Source of the DNA: a virus
DNA length: 64,000 nucleotides
Strand: one strand, 5' to 3'
Virus record (IMG/VR): IMGVR_UViG_3300009314_000007
Location: 32,001-96,000 of that record
A program made the translations under genes and the position numbers. The notes below the pieces were generated by a model that was not told the origin of the DNA, made no database searches, and was given only the letters and a program-made list of their open reading frames with translations. Below are positions 1 to 8,984 of this stretch, piece after piece. Positions within the stretch are counted from its first letter, which is position 1. Each line of letters begins with the position of its first letter.

Positions 1-1858
1 GCATTCGCAGGATCTCCGGATGCAGTGCGAGCCTCGCTAACTCCGCCATATTCGGCCAGTGGTCAACTCGCCAGAACAGGGCGCAGGCCCCCATGTTGAC
101 CGAGTGAGCGAAGTCGTCCGGGCCTGCTTGTTCGTCGCGAATGATCGTGTACACGTCGGAGCCAAGCCGACTGTCCACCATGTCCTCGGTGAGGGACAGG
201 AAGTCGGAGATGATCGGCGCATCCGTGGCTCCGTCCCAACGGAAGAACTTGATTTTGCCGTAACGAATCAGGTTGCAGCACTGTACCAGGCTTCGAGCCT
301 TATCAAGCTGGTAGTGCATTCGCTCGCCCGTTCTCGGGTTGTAGTTTTTTCGACGCATGAGTGGGCCGTGGCCAGCTCGCAGGTAGACCATTGGGATGAC
401 CCGCCGCGAGGGGTAACCGGCGTTGACGATAATGGTCTCTCGGGCATCCCCGGCTCCGTTGTAGTCGTGGACCAGGTGCGTGCAGTGCCAGGCGGCCATG
501 ATGCGGAAGATCTCGCGGCACTCGGCGTTGTGATCGTGTGGCGTGCGACTCCTCCAGGCGTAGAGCACGTCGATGTCCCCGTTGGCTTTCATGCCCAGTA
601 CGGACGCGACGGTGAACGAGGTCTCTTTCTGTCCACCGCCACCCCAGTCCACAGAGACCATACGGTGAATGTAGTCGCCGATGTGTCCGGCGGCGTAGCT
701 CAGGTCGTTCGGACGATCAGCACAGGCTCGCTTCAATTCGGTTTGCGTGATCAGCCGAGCGCCTTCATCGTAGCTTTCTCCGCACACCTCGTTCCAGTAC
801 GCTGCATCGGTGATCAAGCCGAAGCCCGCTCGCTTGCCAAGCAACACGCCCCATTTTTCGGGGTCGGCGTAGTGCATCGGCATGATCTGCTGAGGCACGT
901 GGTAGCCCTCGGCGATATTCAGCAACTCTTCGTTGTGATGAAACCAGCGCCCGTCTCTCGGGTAAATCGGCTTGCCGCAGCGAGGCCTGGCGCACACCAG
1001 GGCAGGGTGGGCTTCCGAGATCTCGCGGTCCACGTGGTCCGGACCCGTCATCCGCGTGAGATCATGTTCGAGCGATGGAATGTTTTCGTAACCACACGCC
1101 CGGCAGAAAATGTGCCACTCGGCTTGGGAGGAATCCAGCCAGAGCTTTTCCAGCGTTCCATTCAGCGTCTTCGGGGTTCCAGTATGCTGCTCGATCCCGC
1201 CGTACTTCGAGCCGGACATTGTCTCGTTGATAATCGGGATGAAGGATGGGTCGAGATCCTGCACTTCGTCGAATGAGTTCTTGGACGTGTTTAATCCACG
1301 AGTACGGTCGCAGTTCTGGAACGCGAACGAGAAAAACATCTTCGACTCGTTCTTGAAGCCGCGCTGCAACACGTTCTGCGTGGTGTGGCTGTCCACCATG
1401 AGTCGCTTGATTGGCGACTCACGAATGAAGCCAGCCACGTAGTTCGAGGAGAACCGGCGAATCATTTCAAACAGCGGGGTCACGTACAACGTGTTGAAGT
1501 ACGGGATGCAGTTGCTGCTGATAATTCCCTGGGTGGCCAGCGACGTGGACTTGGATACCTGCCGAGCGCATTTGAGCACTATCCGGTGGATCATTCGAGT
1601 CTTGAAGAAGGGCTCGAACGGAAAGTGATCGTCGAGCGTGTACGGCTCCCCGTTCAGATTGAGCATGATTGGGAGCAGGTATTTGAGGTTCGGGAGCCTG
1701 CCGTCCTGGATGGCCCAGGCGGCTGCTTTCAAGTGGTCCTCTATGTCGAGTTTCAGCTTCCGCTGCTGGGCGATTCTGGTCTCGACCGAATCCCGGTGGC
1801 TGGAGTGGCTGCCCTTTGTGAAGACGCCCGTGTGACTCTTCCGAATTGCTATGGACAT
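1..1858 (-). CDS. terL: Phage terminase large subunit (GpA-like), 3' end beyond window
   Basis: Manual translation from ATG 1858 (GGAGG upstream): MSIAIRKSH..., Walker A VLKCARQVSKST, Walker B SFDEVQD, coupling motif TGTPKT, CRAC/CARPRC Cys pairs, nuclease VSVDWGGGG and PDDFAHS; no stop found in the segments translated, frame reaches base 2. Confidence 0.92.
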   Translation of the reverse strand, partial: MSIAIRKSHTGVFTKGSHSSHRDSVETRIAQQRKLKLDIEDHLKAAAWAIQDGRLPNLKYLLPIMLNLNGEPYTLDDHFPFEPFFKTRMIHRIVLKCARQVSKSTSLATQGIISSNCIPYFNTLYVTPLFEMIRRFSSNYVAGFIRESPIKRLMVDSHTTQNVLQRGFKNESKMFFSFAFQNCDRTRGLNTSKNSFDEVQDLDPSFIPIINETMSGSKYGGIEQHTGTPKTLNGTLEKLWLDSSQAEWHIFCRACGYENIPSLEHDLTRMTGPDHVDREISEAHPALVCARPRCGKPIYPRDGRWFHHNEELLNIAEGYHVPQQIMPMHYADPEKWGVLLGKRAGFGLITDAAYWNEVCGESYDEGARLITQTELKRACADRPNDLSYAAGHIGDYIHRMVSVDWGGGGQKETSFTVASVLGMKANGDIDVLYAWRSRTPHDHNAECREIFRIMAAWHCTHLVHDYNGAGDARETIIVNAGYPSRRVIPMVYLRAGHGPLMRRKNYNPRTGERMHYQLDKARSLVQCCNLIRYGKIKFFRWDGATDAPIISDFLSLTEDMVDSRLGSDVYTIIRDEQAGPDDFAHSVNMGACALFWRVDHWPNMAELARLALHPEILRM

Positions 1859-1966
1859 GTTCGATCCTCCATGACAGGTTGGAACCAGCTACTCAATGGA
1901 GTATGATGCTGGAAGGATTCAGTATCGGGTTGCAACGATTGCATTAGTAGTGTAGAGGAAGTTACG

Positions 1967-2215
1967 ATGACGCTCAAGGTCGCGGGCAGTGCCAAGGTCT
2001 TTTTGGAGCGACTCGGGATCTTGCGGGCCAACCGCAATCCCGAGCCGCGTATCCAACCCGGGCATTTCCGGGTCCACGAGATCCCACTGACCCCGCCGCT
2101 TCCGCTACCGGAGTTACAGGGGCACTTCAGCGGGGAACCGCCGCCGGACCAGGGACAGACCCTGCACTGGCCGCATCCCGACCTGGAACGTGCCGCTGAA
2201 GAAGCAGGAGTGTAG
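1967..2215 (+). CDS. Hypothetical protein
   Basis: 82-aa ORF, first gene of the plus-strand block, GAGG upstream. Confidence 0.55.
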   Translation: MTLKVAGSAKVFLERLGILRANRNPEPRIQPGHFRVHEIPLTPPLPLPELQGHFSGEPPPDQGQTLHWPHPDLERAAEEAGV

Positions 2216-2217
2216 CG

Positions 2218-2448
2218 ATGTCAAGTTTTGGATCTGGAGGTTTGTGGGTGGCAATCGCGGTGGGTCACGTCATCGCAGTACCCTTTGTCGGCTTTTGGAC
2301 GGCCGCGTGTTCAGCAGCTCTTGTCTGCATCATTGGCGGGCTGGCTTTGACCGGCGCCAACGACATGTATCACTCGGACGGAACTCGCCGACCGCACCAC
2401 CCCACGAGAAATCCGCATGGACCGAGGAACCATAGACGGAGACGATGA
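2218..2448 (+). CDS. Small membrane protein
   Basis: AGGAG SD, two hydrophobic segments, basic C-terminus. Confidence 0.6.
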   Translation: MSSFGSGGLWVAIAVGHVIAVPFVGFWTAACSAALVCIIGGLALTGANDMYHSDGTRRPHHPTRNPHGPRNHRRRR

Positions 2449-2864
2449 TGGATAGCACTATCGGACTTTCCACTATCGTGATTCTCGGCCTGGCGGTAAG
2501 CCAAGTCGTCGAGGTGATGCGTCACTCGAAGTTGACGCTATCGTTTCGTACACGGGCCCTGAGCGCCGTCTCAGGAGGCGGGCTTCGTGGCTTCGTCGCC
2601 CAGATTCTGACTTGCCCGTTCTGCTTGGCCCACTGGGTTGCCGGTGGGCTCACCCTGCTGCTATTCGTGTCGATGTGGGCATTCTGGCCTGCTCAATTTC
2701 TGGCTGTCGTGTTCGCTGCGACTCGCGTAGCGAATCTAAGCAACGATATTTTCTACAACAGCATTCGCACATTCAAATACGAAATCGAGGAAGTGGAGGA
2801 TCTGGAAGATAATGACGGAGACCCCGACGAACCCAACGAACCCGGCGAGGGCACTTCAGTTTGA
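2445..2864 (+). CDS. DUF1360-like membrane protein
   Basis: Hydrophobic helices with LTCPFCLAHWV motif; ATGA overlap with upstream gene. Confidence 0.6.
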   Translation: MMDSTIGLSTIVILGLAVSQVVEVMRHSKLTLSFRTRALSAVSGGGLRGFVAQILTCPFCLAHWVAGGLTLLLFVSMWAFWPAQFLAVVFAATRVANLSNDIFYNSIRTFKYEIEEVEDLEDNDGDPDEPNEPGEGTSV

Positions 2865-3351
2865 CGAAAAAGCAATAACGTTAGTGGAAGATCTGCTCAA
2901 ACAGGTCTTTTCTCGGATTCCGGAGTTGCGGAGCGCCATTGTCATCTTCGATTGGCAGGGATCGCTCAACGAAGTGGCCAAACCAATGGTTTGGGTCAAA
3001 GAGAGCGGCAAGTCCGTTCAATCTGCGGACCTGGCGGAACTGAGTGGTGGCACCAAGCACACCCTCGCACTGCTTGATAGGCAGTTCCACGCCCTGGACC
3101 AAAACGCCAAAGCAGCTTGGGTCATTGCGGAAAGGAAACATCGTGAAGCGTCCGAAGCTAGTGCCCAGGCCTCGCCGCCCAGTACCGGCGAGCGAGGATC
3201 AGTGTTCCCAGGAGGACAGCGAGAGGGAAGCGGAAGCGATGCAGCTTCAGACCCTCAAGCAGCGGAAGAGTGCGAAGAACAAGCGACTCAAGGAGGCGCT
3301 GGAAGGAGTTCGGACGATTCCGGATCTGCTTCGACTGTTCAGGATTCGTGA
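2812..3351 (+). CDS. Hypothetical protein
   Basis: 179-aa ORF in operon order. Confidence 0.65.
   Translation: MTETPTNPTNPARALQFDEKAITLVEDLLKQVFSRIPELRSAIVIFDWQGSLNEVAKPMVWVKESGKSVQSADLAELSGGTKHTLALLDRQFHALDQNAKAAWVIAERKHREASEASAQASPPSTGERGSVFPGGQREGSGSDAASDPQAAEECEEQATQGGAGRSSDDSGSASTVQDS
2872..2887. repeat. Dispersed 16-bp palindrome copy 1 (GCAATAACGTTAGTGG)
   Basis: Read directly; matches five other copies. Confidence 0.9.
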
Positions 3352-3856
3352 GTGCGACTACGTGCTCATTGGAGACGGTTCTTGCACGGGCAACTGGAAT
3401 TACCAGGCAGGCTGGGCCTGCGTGGCAATCAACGTGCAGAACAATGAGCGACAGGAGGTCTATGGGGGTGCTAACATGGGCACCAACATCCTGTCGGAGA
3501 TGATGGCCTACATCTACGCATTTCACTGGCTGTCCCGCAAGAAGGAAAGCTCGACGATGTACGTAGACGTGTTCACAGATTGTGAATACGTAGTGCAGGC
3601 GGCGGAAAACTCGCATCGGCGAAAAGCCTACCGCGAAGTCTGGCACATGGTTGATGCCTACAAGCGAAGTGGCATGATCATTCGGTGGCACTGGATTCCA
3701 CGAGACACGCTCGATCTGAATCAGCTCTCGCACAACCTGGCCAATCTCGCCCGGGTGGCGATGAAGGAGCTGGGGGCGCAAGCAATATCGAGCATGGACG
3801 TGGAGTCGATCAACGATCTTACACCCAACCGTAACGAGGAGGTCGAAACACAATGA
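3143..3856 (+). CDS. rnhA: Ribonuclease HI-like protein
   Basis: IGDGSC..GWA, GTNILSEMMA, FTDCEYV, WHWIP, NQLSHNLA (last Asp replaced by His); start uncertain (GTG 3143 with AAGGA, or ATG 3239). Confidence 0.85.
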   Translation: MKRPKLVPRPRRPVPASEDQCSQEDSEREAEAMQLQTLKQRKSAKNKRLKEALEGVRTIPDLLRLFRIRECDYVLIGDGSCTGNWNYQAGWACVAINVQNNERQEVYGGANMGTNILSEMMAYIYAFHWLSRKKESSTMYVDVFTDCEYVVQAAENSHRRKAYREVWHMVDAYKRSGMIIRWHWIPRDTLDLNQLSHNLANLARVAMKELGAQAISSMDVESINDLTPNRNEEVETQ

Positions 3857-4056
3857 GCGCGCAGCCCCCGCAAGTCATGCGGCCGTTGACCGCCGAGGAG
3901 ATCCAGCGGCTACAGCAAGACCCGTGCCTATTGGCAAAGCGATCGCGCCCGGTCAACCCGAAGTACCCGGAACTGTGGAGAGGGTTGGTGGACTTCCGAG
4001 CCGGGGGTCAAGCTCCCGAACGCGATAACCCAGATCCAGATCCAGAGCAGGAGTGA
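3853..4056 (+). CDS. Hypothetical protein
   Basis: GGAGG SD, ATGA overlap. Confidence 0.6.
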   Translation: MSAQPPQVMRPLTAEEIQRLQQDPCLLAKRSRPVNPKYPELWRGLVDFRAGGQAPERDNPDPDPEQE

Positions 4057-4059
4057 TCA

Positions 4060-4317
4060 ATGCCACGCGCCCTATGTAAAGTTGACGGATGTTTGGTCAT
4101 CGCAGAGTTCACTCGCTGCGAGCCAGGAACAACGGGCAAGTGTCCGCAGTGCCACCCGCCGCACAGGATGCCGCGACGTGGTGACCACGGTAAGTCACTC
4201 GTCGAGCGAGATGGCTGGCTCGAATGCACGACTGACGAGTGCGATTTTGCAATTCTCGCCTCGGACTACGAGCGGGTGATGATCGAACCGCTGCCATTTA
4301 TCGGCATGGGAATCTAG
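4060..4317 (+). CDS. Small Cys-rich (putative Zn-binding) protein
   Basis: CxxxxC, CPQC, CxxxxC; AGGAG SD. Confidence 0.6.
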   Translation: MPRALCKVDGCLVIAEFTRCEPGTTGKCPQCHPPHRMPRRGDHGKSLVERDGWLECTTDECDFAILASDYERVMIEPLPFIGMGI

Positions 4318-4343
4318 TGGATAACTCGAACCAGGAATGAAGT

Positions 4344-4910
4344 ATGAGCGACCTAACCCGCTGGACGCAGCGCAAACACGAGAAGACCGGCGACTCGTAC
4401 ATGACGCCGGAAGAGCATGGTTGCTGGACGAATTACAGCGAGGCCGACGAAAAGATCGAGCGGCTCAAAGAAGCCCTACGAGTACGTGGTGGCTGCCGAA
4501 TGCTCAGCGAGGGCGACAAGTGCGATTGCGGTCTCTGCAAGCGAGACAACGAGATTGCTCGGCTTCAGGAGATCGAGCGGTTCGCCAGTCACGCGGGCAT
4601 TCTCAAGGCCCAGGAAGACCATAATCGGATGATGAGCGAGATGGCAGCCAAGATTGAGCGTCTGGAGGCCGATATTGCCAAGCATCACGAAGACTACCAG
4701 ACACAGAACGATGAGATAGTCCGGTGTCACGCTAAGATCAAGCTGCTCACTCTTGCCGAGGCCTGTGCGAAGGCAGCTATCGAGTGCGTTCAAGTCACTG
4801 GCGTGCCGTACGCCATCCTGAGACCGGCACTTCGCTGGGAAGAAGTCGCAGAGAAAACCGATGAGGAGATCGCGCAAGGGCTGAACGAGCGTAGCCAAAG
4901 CGACACTTAA
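4344..4910 (+). CDS. Hypothetical coiled-coil protein
   Basis: Heptad-like KIERLKE/EIARLQE/KIERLEA, CDCGLC. Confidence 0.65.
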   Translation: MSDLTRWTQRKHEKTGDSYMTPEEHGCWTNYSEADEKIERLKEALRVRGGCRMLSEGDKCDCGLCKRDNEIARLQEIERFASHAGILKAQEDHNRMMSEMAAKIERLEADIAKHHEDYQTQNDEIVRCHAKIKLLTLAEACAKAAIECVQVTGVPYAILRPALRWEEVAEKTDEEIAQGLNERSQSDT

Positions 4911-4931
4911 CATCTAACCATAACGAGGAAC

Positions 4932-5345
4932 ATGGCTAAAAGGAGACCCGGTCGGCAAGCCCGATCAAACTTGGCGCAACCGAGATTCTTCTCTGTGATT
5001 ACTCCCGCAGAGGCTCGGCAGATTATTGAGCACCGTACCCAGGCATTCTATTTCGGGGATGGGCTGGTGGACCCCAACGAGAACAACGGGGCCGATCTCG
5101 CGAGGCTCACGGGTACGAAGTGGATTCGACGGGCCATGGCGATTGCAGCGTCCTTAGACCACGAGGACAGCCAGGACCAGTGGAAGGGCGGACTGCTGTC
5201 CACTGCGCTGGACAAGGCGATGAATTGGTGGCGATATAGGAAGAAAGCCAGGTGGGGCCTGAAGGTGCCAGTGATCTACAAGATCAATGACCGGGCGATG
5301 GGACTCCAGCTTGCCTGGGCCCGAGCACGCGGAGCGGACGTATGA
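4932..5345 (+). CDS. Hypothetical protein
   Basis: GAGG SD, 137 aa. Confidence 0.65.
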   Translation: MAKRRPGRQARSNLAQPRFFSVITPAEARQIIEHRTQAFYFGDGLVDPNENNGADLARLTGTKWIRRAMAIAASLDHEDSQDQWKGGLLSTALDKAMNWWRYRKKARWGLKVPVIYKINDRAMGLQLAWARARGADV

Positions 5346-5893
5346 GCGGGCAGCCCGAGCATGACCACGTCAGTGTGTCCTTCGGAGCGAGAAACGTGCC
5401 ATACGCCAACTGGTACTACATCAGTTTGACGTTTATCGACGCGAACGGGAACAGATCCGCCACGGCCCTGCACGCCAACTCGTCGGTCGGGGCCCGGGCG
5501 GAGATCGGGGTGAAGAAGATCGGAAAGAAAGTGGGGTTCGGGAAGCACACGGAAGAGACCGTGATTGGCTTCGAGGTTGTCGGTCCCACGTTCCGCAAAC
5601 ACCCGGACGGGATTGTAGTGAGAATCAAGCAGGACGCGGAAGCTCTACTGCGACGGCAGATCTTCGACGGGCAGCCTCCAACTCGGGGGCTTAGCCGCGA
5701 GGAGCAGCAATGCTGCGAGTTCTTTCGGCAGCGTGCTGGAAGGTCGTTCGACGTGATGCGAAACGAAGACGTGCCGCAGATGAGCACGTTACAATTCTGG
5801 AACACCATGCCCACCGATGACGCCTCGGCCGGGTTCTTCCTGCCGCGAGGTTTGTGCGAAGTGGTAGAAACACAGAAACAGGAGGCCGTATGA
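5342..5893 (+). CDS. Hypothetical protein
   Basis: ATGA-coupled ORF, 183 aa. Confidence 0.65.
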   Translation: MSGQPEHDHVSVSFGARNVPYANWYYISLTFIDANGNRSATALHANSSVGARAEIGVKKIGKKVGFGKHTEETVIGFEVVGPTFRKHPDGIVVRIKQDAEALLRRQIFDGQPPTRGLSREEQQCCEFFRQRAGRSFDVMRNEDVPQMSTLQFWNTMPTDDASAGFFLPRGLCEVVETQKQEAV

Positions 5894-6645
5894 GCGTAGA
5901 AATGACCCGTGAGGCCGCAGCCTTGCTCGGGATTCCCGTTGAGCGGGAAGACCGAGAGGGCTGGGACGACGAGGCGAGGGAAGACTCGTACCAACAGGAT
6001 CGGTTCGAGCGGCAGCAGATTCGAGAGAGGTTGCGTCGGATGGCGCAAGTGAGAATGGGGATCTTGCAGGACGAGGCCTTGGCCCTGTACCTGCTGAGCA
6101 TCGACGCGGGCGCCATCAACAGTCACATTGGCTTGTTGCGGGGTGTAGCGAATCGAATGGATCGGAGTGCCAGCGACACAGTTCACGGACAGCTTCAGTC
6201 GTTCTTGGACGGGCAGTGCGACGAACTGGCGACGGACCGGGAGCGGTTCAACAACATTGTGAACAAGTACCTCGGCGACCGGCGGCGGAAGGAACTTGCT
6301 GGGCTGGAGGTGACGACGAACGTTAGCATGTACCAGACACTTCGACACGGAGAGCCGACCAACGTGGATGGTGAACCGCTGCAATACGATCACCAGAAGT
6401 TGCGCGAACTCATCGCGGACGTGCAGACCAAGGAAGCCTACGACGGCAGCAAGTGTCCGAATTGCGGCGCTGGGCACGTTCACGGCGAGGCCTTCGAGCC
6501 CTCCGGGGACTCCCTGGCCTATCGCAATTGCCACTGCGGCGCATGTGACGCGAGGTGGACCGAGGAGCTAGTCGTTCGAGGGTACGATCATCTGGAGGTG
6601 CCAGAGAAAGGAGAAACACCGGATGAAGAATCTGGTAAACACTGA
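5890..6645 (+). CDS. Hypothetical protein with C-terminal zinc ribbon
   Basis: GGAGG SD; CPNCG...CGACDARWTE. Confidence 0.7.
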   Translation: MSVEMTREAAALLGIPVEREDREGWDDEAREDSYQQDRFERQQIRERLRRMAQVRMGILQDEALALYLLSIDAGAINSHIGLLRGVANRMDRSASDTVHGQLQSFLDGQCDELATDRERFNNIVNKYLGDRRRKELAGLEVTTNVSMYQTLRHGEPTNVDGEPLQYDHQKLRELIADVQTKEAYDGSKCPNCGAGHVHGEAFEPSGDSLAYRNCHCGACDARWTEELVVRGYDHLEVPEKGETPDEESGKH

Positions 6646-7219
6646 GAACCGATCCGTGCTACAGGACTGGGTTCACGAGCTGCCGTTCATGCAGCAGTCC
6701 GTGCTCATCACGGCCTGCCGCGGACCGGATGGGCTGCCCAAGGATCACGTGGCGAAGCTGATCTGCCGCTGGTTGCGGCGGTGCTTCATGCTGTCTGCTT
6801 TTGAGGGCCGCGTGATCGACACCCCGGAGCATCCGGGGGGTGGAAGTTTCACGGGACCGTCGATCCCTAGAAGTCACCCGGAGGAGCCCGGCGACAAGCC
6901 GCTCAGCTTCCGCATGCGAGAGCACTTGCTGGCTAAGCTGGTTGGGGAGTACCTGCGACAGGTAGACGAGATGCCGCACCACTTCCAGTTGCACATCCTG
7001 CATGCGGCGGAGATCCTTGGCTACCACCACCCGAAACAGTGGATCAGGCGGTGGTGGCACGAGTTCTATTGCGAGCTGGTCGGCGACATGCACCTGTACT
7101 TGGAGCGGCAGAGCGACATGGACAGAAGGCTGTCCGATCAGAAGGAATTTTGGGAGGCCAGCGAACGCACCCCGGCGCGCCATCCCGGAGAGGAGAGGAC
7201 AGATGCCGACACCGAGTGA
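6623..7219 (+). CDS. Conserved-type phage hypothetical protein
   Basis: AAGGAG SD; SVLQDWV..LPFMQQSVL...RGPDG motif. Confidence 0.75.
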   Translation: MKNLVNTENRSVLQDWVHELPFMQQSVLITACRGPDGLPKDHVAKLICRWLRRCFMLSAFEGRVIDTPEHPGGGSFTGPSIPRSHPEEPGDKPLSFRMREHLLAKLVGEYLRQVDEMPHHFQLHILHAAEILGYHHPKQWIRRWWHEFYCELVGDMHLYLERQSDMDRRLSDQKEFWEASERTPARHPGEERTDADTE

Positions 7220-7655
7220 AAATTATCGGGGAGACAAGTGTCCAGAGTGCGGGTCCACTGAGACTGAGGCGGGAGAAGATCCCAGGCTGCCTCGCGTAAA
7301 CGGCCGCGTGTTCGTGCGAGTCCGTTGCAAGAGCTGCGAGGCTCAGTGGGTTGAGAAGTACGAACTGGCCGGATACGGCGAGCTGGAAGTACCTGGGAAG
7401 GCCAAGGAGGCCAAGAGCAAGAAACTGCCCGTCTCGCACGTCGTGGTGTGGCGAGGCGGACAGGACAGTGATAACGTCCGCGTAGCTGATCGGAACATGG
7501 ATACCGAGTTTGGACGGCAGCGGACGAAGGCTCTTTGCGATTTCCGTGCTGGGAACGTCAACGACAAGCTGACCTTCTGGTACGTGCCACCCGACGGGGC
7601 TAAGGCAGCGACAAGGATCACGGACCCCGACGAGATCGACTGGTCCGGTCTCTAG
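7203..7655 (+). CDS. Zinc-ribbon protein
   Basis: GAGG SD; CPECG...CKSCEAQWVE. Confidence 0.7.
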   Translation: MPTPSENYRGDKCPECGSTETEAGEDPRLPRVNGRVFVRVRCKSCEAQWVEKYELAGYGELEVPGKAKEAKSKKLPVSHVVVWRGGQDSDNVRVADRNMDTEFGRQRTKALCDFRAGNVNDKLTFWYVPPDGAKAATRITDPDEIDWSGL

Positions 7656-7900
7656 CTCAGCATAGTCTGAGCGTCCCTGTGCTCCCTCTGAGCAGCCTCC
7701 CGAGCGAAAAAGGGACTCGGAGTCGCCTGAGGGGCCCAGAGGGCTCGCACGGCGGCTCTGGGCCCATCGGGGTTTTCTGGCAGCGAATTGGACAGCGACA
7801 GGCATTTGCGCAGCGAGTTGGTCTTTGATTTTTTCGTGACAGCGGAGGAGGAACCCCAGGAACGAAGTGGATGGGGTTTCCTCCGTGAGCTGTAATGGCG
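7656..7900. other. Hairpin-rich non-coding region (possible origin or ncRNA)
   Basis: Inverted repeats 7655-7660/7667-7672, 7732-7741/7756-7765 (10 bp perfect), 7843-7858/7872-7885. Confidence 0.5.
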
Positions 7901-7918
7901 GTAGCCACCGGATACACG

Positions 7919-7966
7919 TCTTTTGATACTGGGGGGTTGCATTATCATCAAAAGATAAGGTAGACT
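7919..7966 (+). promoter_or_regulatory. Sigma70-like promoter overlapped by a 9-bp inverted repeat (operator-like)
   Basis: TTGCAT 7937-7942, 18 nt, TAGACT 7961-7966; TCTTTTGAT 7919-7927 / ATCAAAAGA 7947-7955. Confidence 0.55.
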
Positions 7967-8023
7967 GGAAATCCTGGTCGCTGTTTTCCCACTTAATGGG
8001 GTCGTTATTTTGGAGGTTGAAGC

Positions 8024-8968
8024 ATGACATCGCTGGTGAAATCGGGCTTTCGGAAGATCGAATTGACCCGGGTGATGCAAGGTCCGGCCGCTTCGGCTTG
8101 TCGTTACGCTCTGGCCCCTCTTACTAGGGGGGTGGATGTGGAGGTTTCGGACGATAGCAAGGTGCGAGCCGCGTCCCTCGGGCTGATAAACACGTGGCGG
8201 GCCCGTCTGCTGGTTCTTCAGCAGGCAGGCTGGGAGAGTATTCGGGAGCCGGAGCAACTCAGTCGGCTGGGGAATTGCCCTCCGGCTGGTGTTGCGGAAA
8301 CGAAGGGCGGGACGTTCTCCTGTCGCAAGTATCGGATCTGCCCGTTTTGCTGGTGTCGGCAGTACGTGTTGGAGGTGTTCGCTCGGATCTATGCGATCTC
8401 GTCGCGGTTCGAGGCGACCCGCCAGCCATTTGACCTGGTGGAAGTTCGGACCGAGCGAAAGTACCCGATCAAGAGCTACTTGCTGGCGGCTCCGCTTGAC
8501 TGGATCAAGCACTGCAAGTCCGGCTACTATCGAGAGTACATGCCGGACGCTTACGGGGGTTTCGTGCTTTGCACCATCGAGCCCCCCGATTACTCCGCTA
8601 GGGATCGGAATTACCGGCTCTTGCAGCGAGTGCTGGCGCTTGTCCCCAAGCGAGCGCCGACGCCGCCTGTCGAGCTGGCTCGGATGGACAGCGACGAGCT
8701 TCAGCAGGAGTCTCGCAAGGTGCGTCGGACGAGCAATCCAGCCTTGGCGGCAATCACGGCCGCGGTAGGTCGGACGTGCATCTATCCCAAGCAGTTGATG
8801 CAGGGCAATGCCAAGGAGACGGTGGATATTCTGGATGCCCAGGCGATGACCTGGAAGTCGGAGTCGGAGGGGCGAGCGCGGAAGCAGTTCCCGGTCCGGA
8901 CGAGTGAGTTTTACGGAGTTTTACGTCAGCGGCGGGCGCCGACGATACCAGAGGACGGGATGCCCTAG
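8024..8968 (+). CDS. Rolling-circle Rep (Rep_1/HUH)-like protein, HUH motif degenerate
   Basis: GGAGG SD; RLGNC...FSCRKYRICPFC like the Rep_1 Zn motif; C-terminal RTSEFYGVLR; no HxH visible. Confidence 0.5.
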   Translation: MTSLVKSGFRKIELTRVMQGPAASACRYALAPLTRGVDVEVSDDSKVRAASLGLINTWRARLLVLQQAGWESIREPEQLSRLGNCPPAGVAETKGGTFSCRKYRICPFCWCRQYVLEVFARIYAISSRFEATRQPFDLVEVRTERKYPIKSYLLAAPLDWIKHCKSGYYREYMPDAYGGFVLCTIEPPDYSARDRNYRLLQRVLALVPKRAPTPPVELARMDSDELQQESRKVRRTSNPALAAITAAVGRTCIYPKQLMQGNAKETVDILDAQAMTWKSESEGRARKQFPVRTSEFYGVLRQRRAPTIPEDGMP

Positions 8969-8984
8969 TCGAACGGAGGAGCGT

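Noticed and set aside
59-1276. 405-aa plus-strand ORF (and 1385-1906)
   Set aside because: Antisense shadow of the terminase; no motifs
1930-1958. Sigma70 promoter in the divergent gap (TTGCAA-17-TAGAGG)
   Set aside because: The -10 match is too poor to call, although promoters must lie in 1859-1966
7656-8023. tRNA or tmRNA gene
   Set aside because: No cloverleaf or TTCGA T-loop with acceptor stem recognised in this or other gaps
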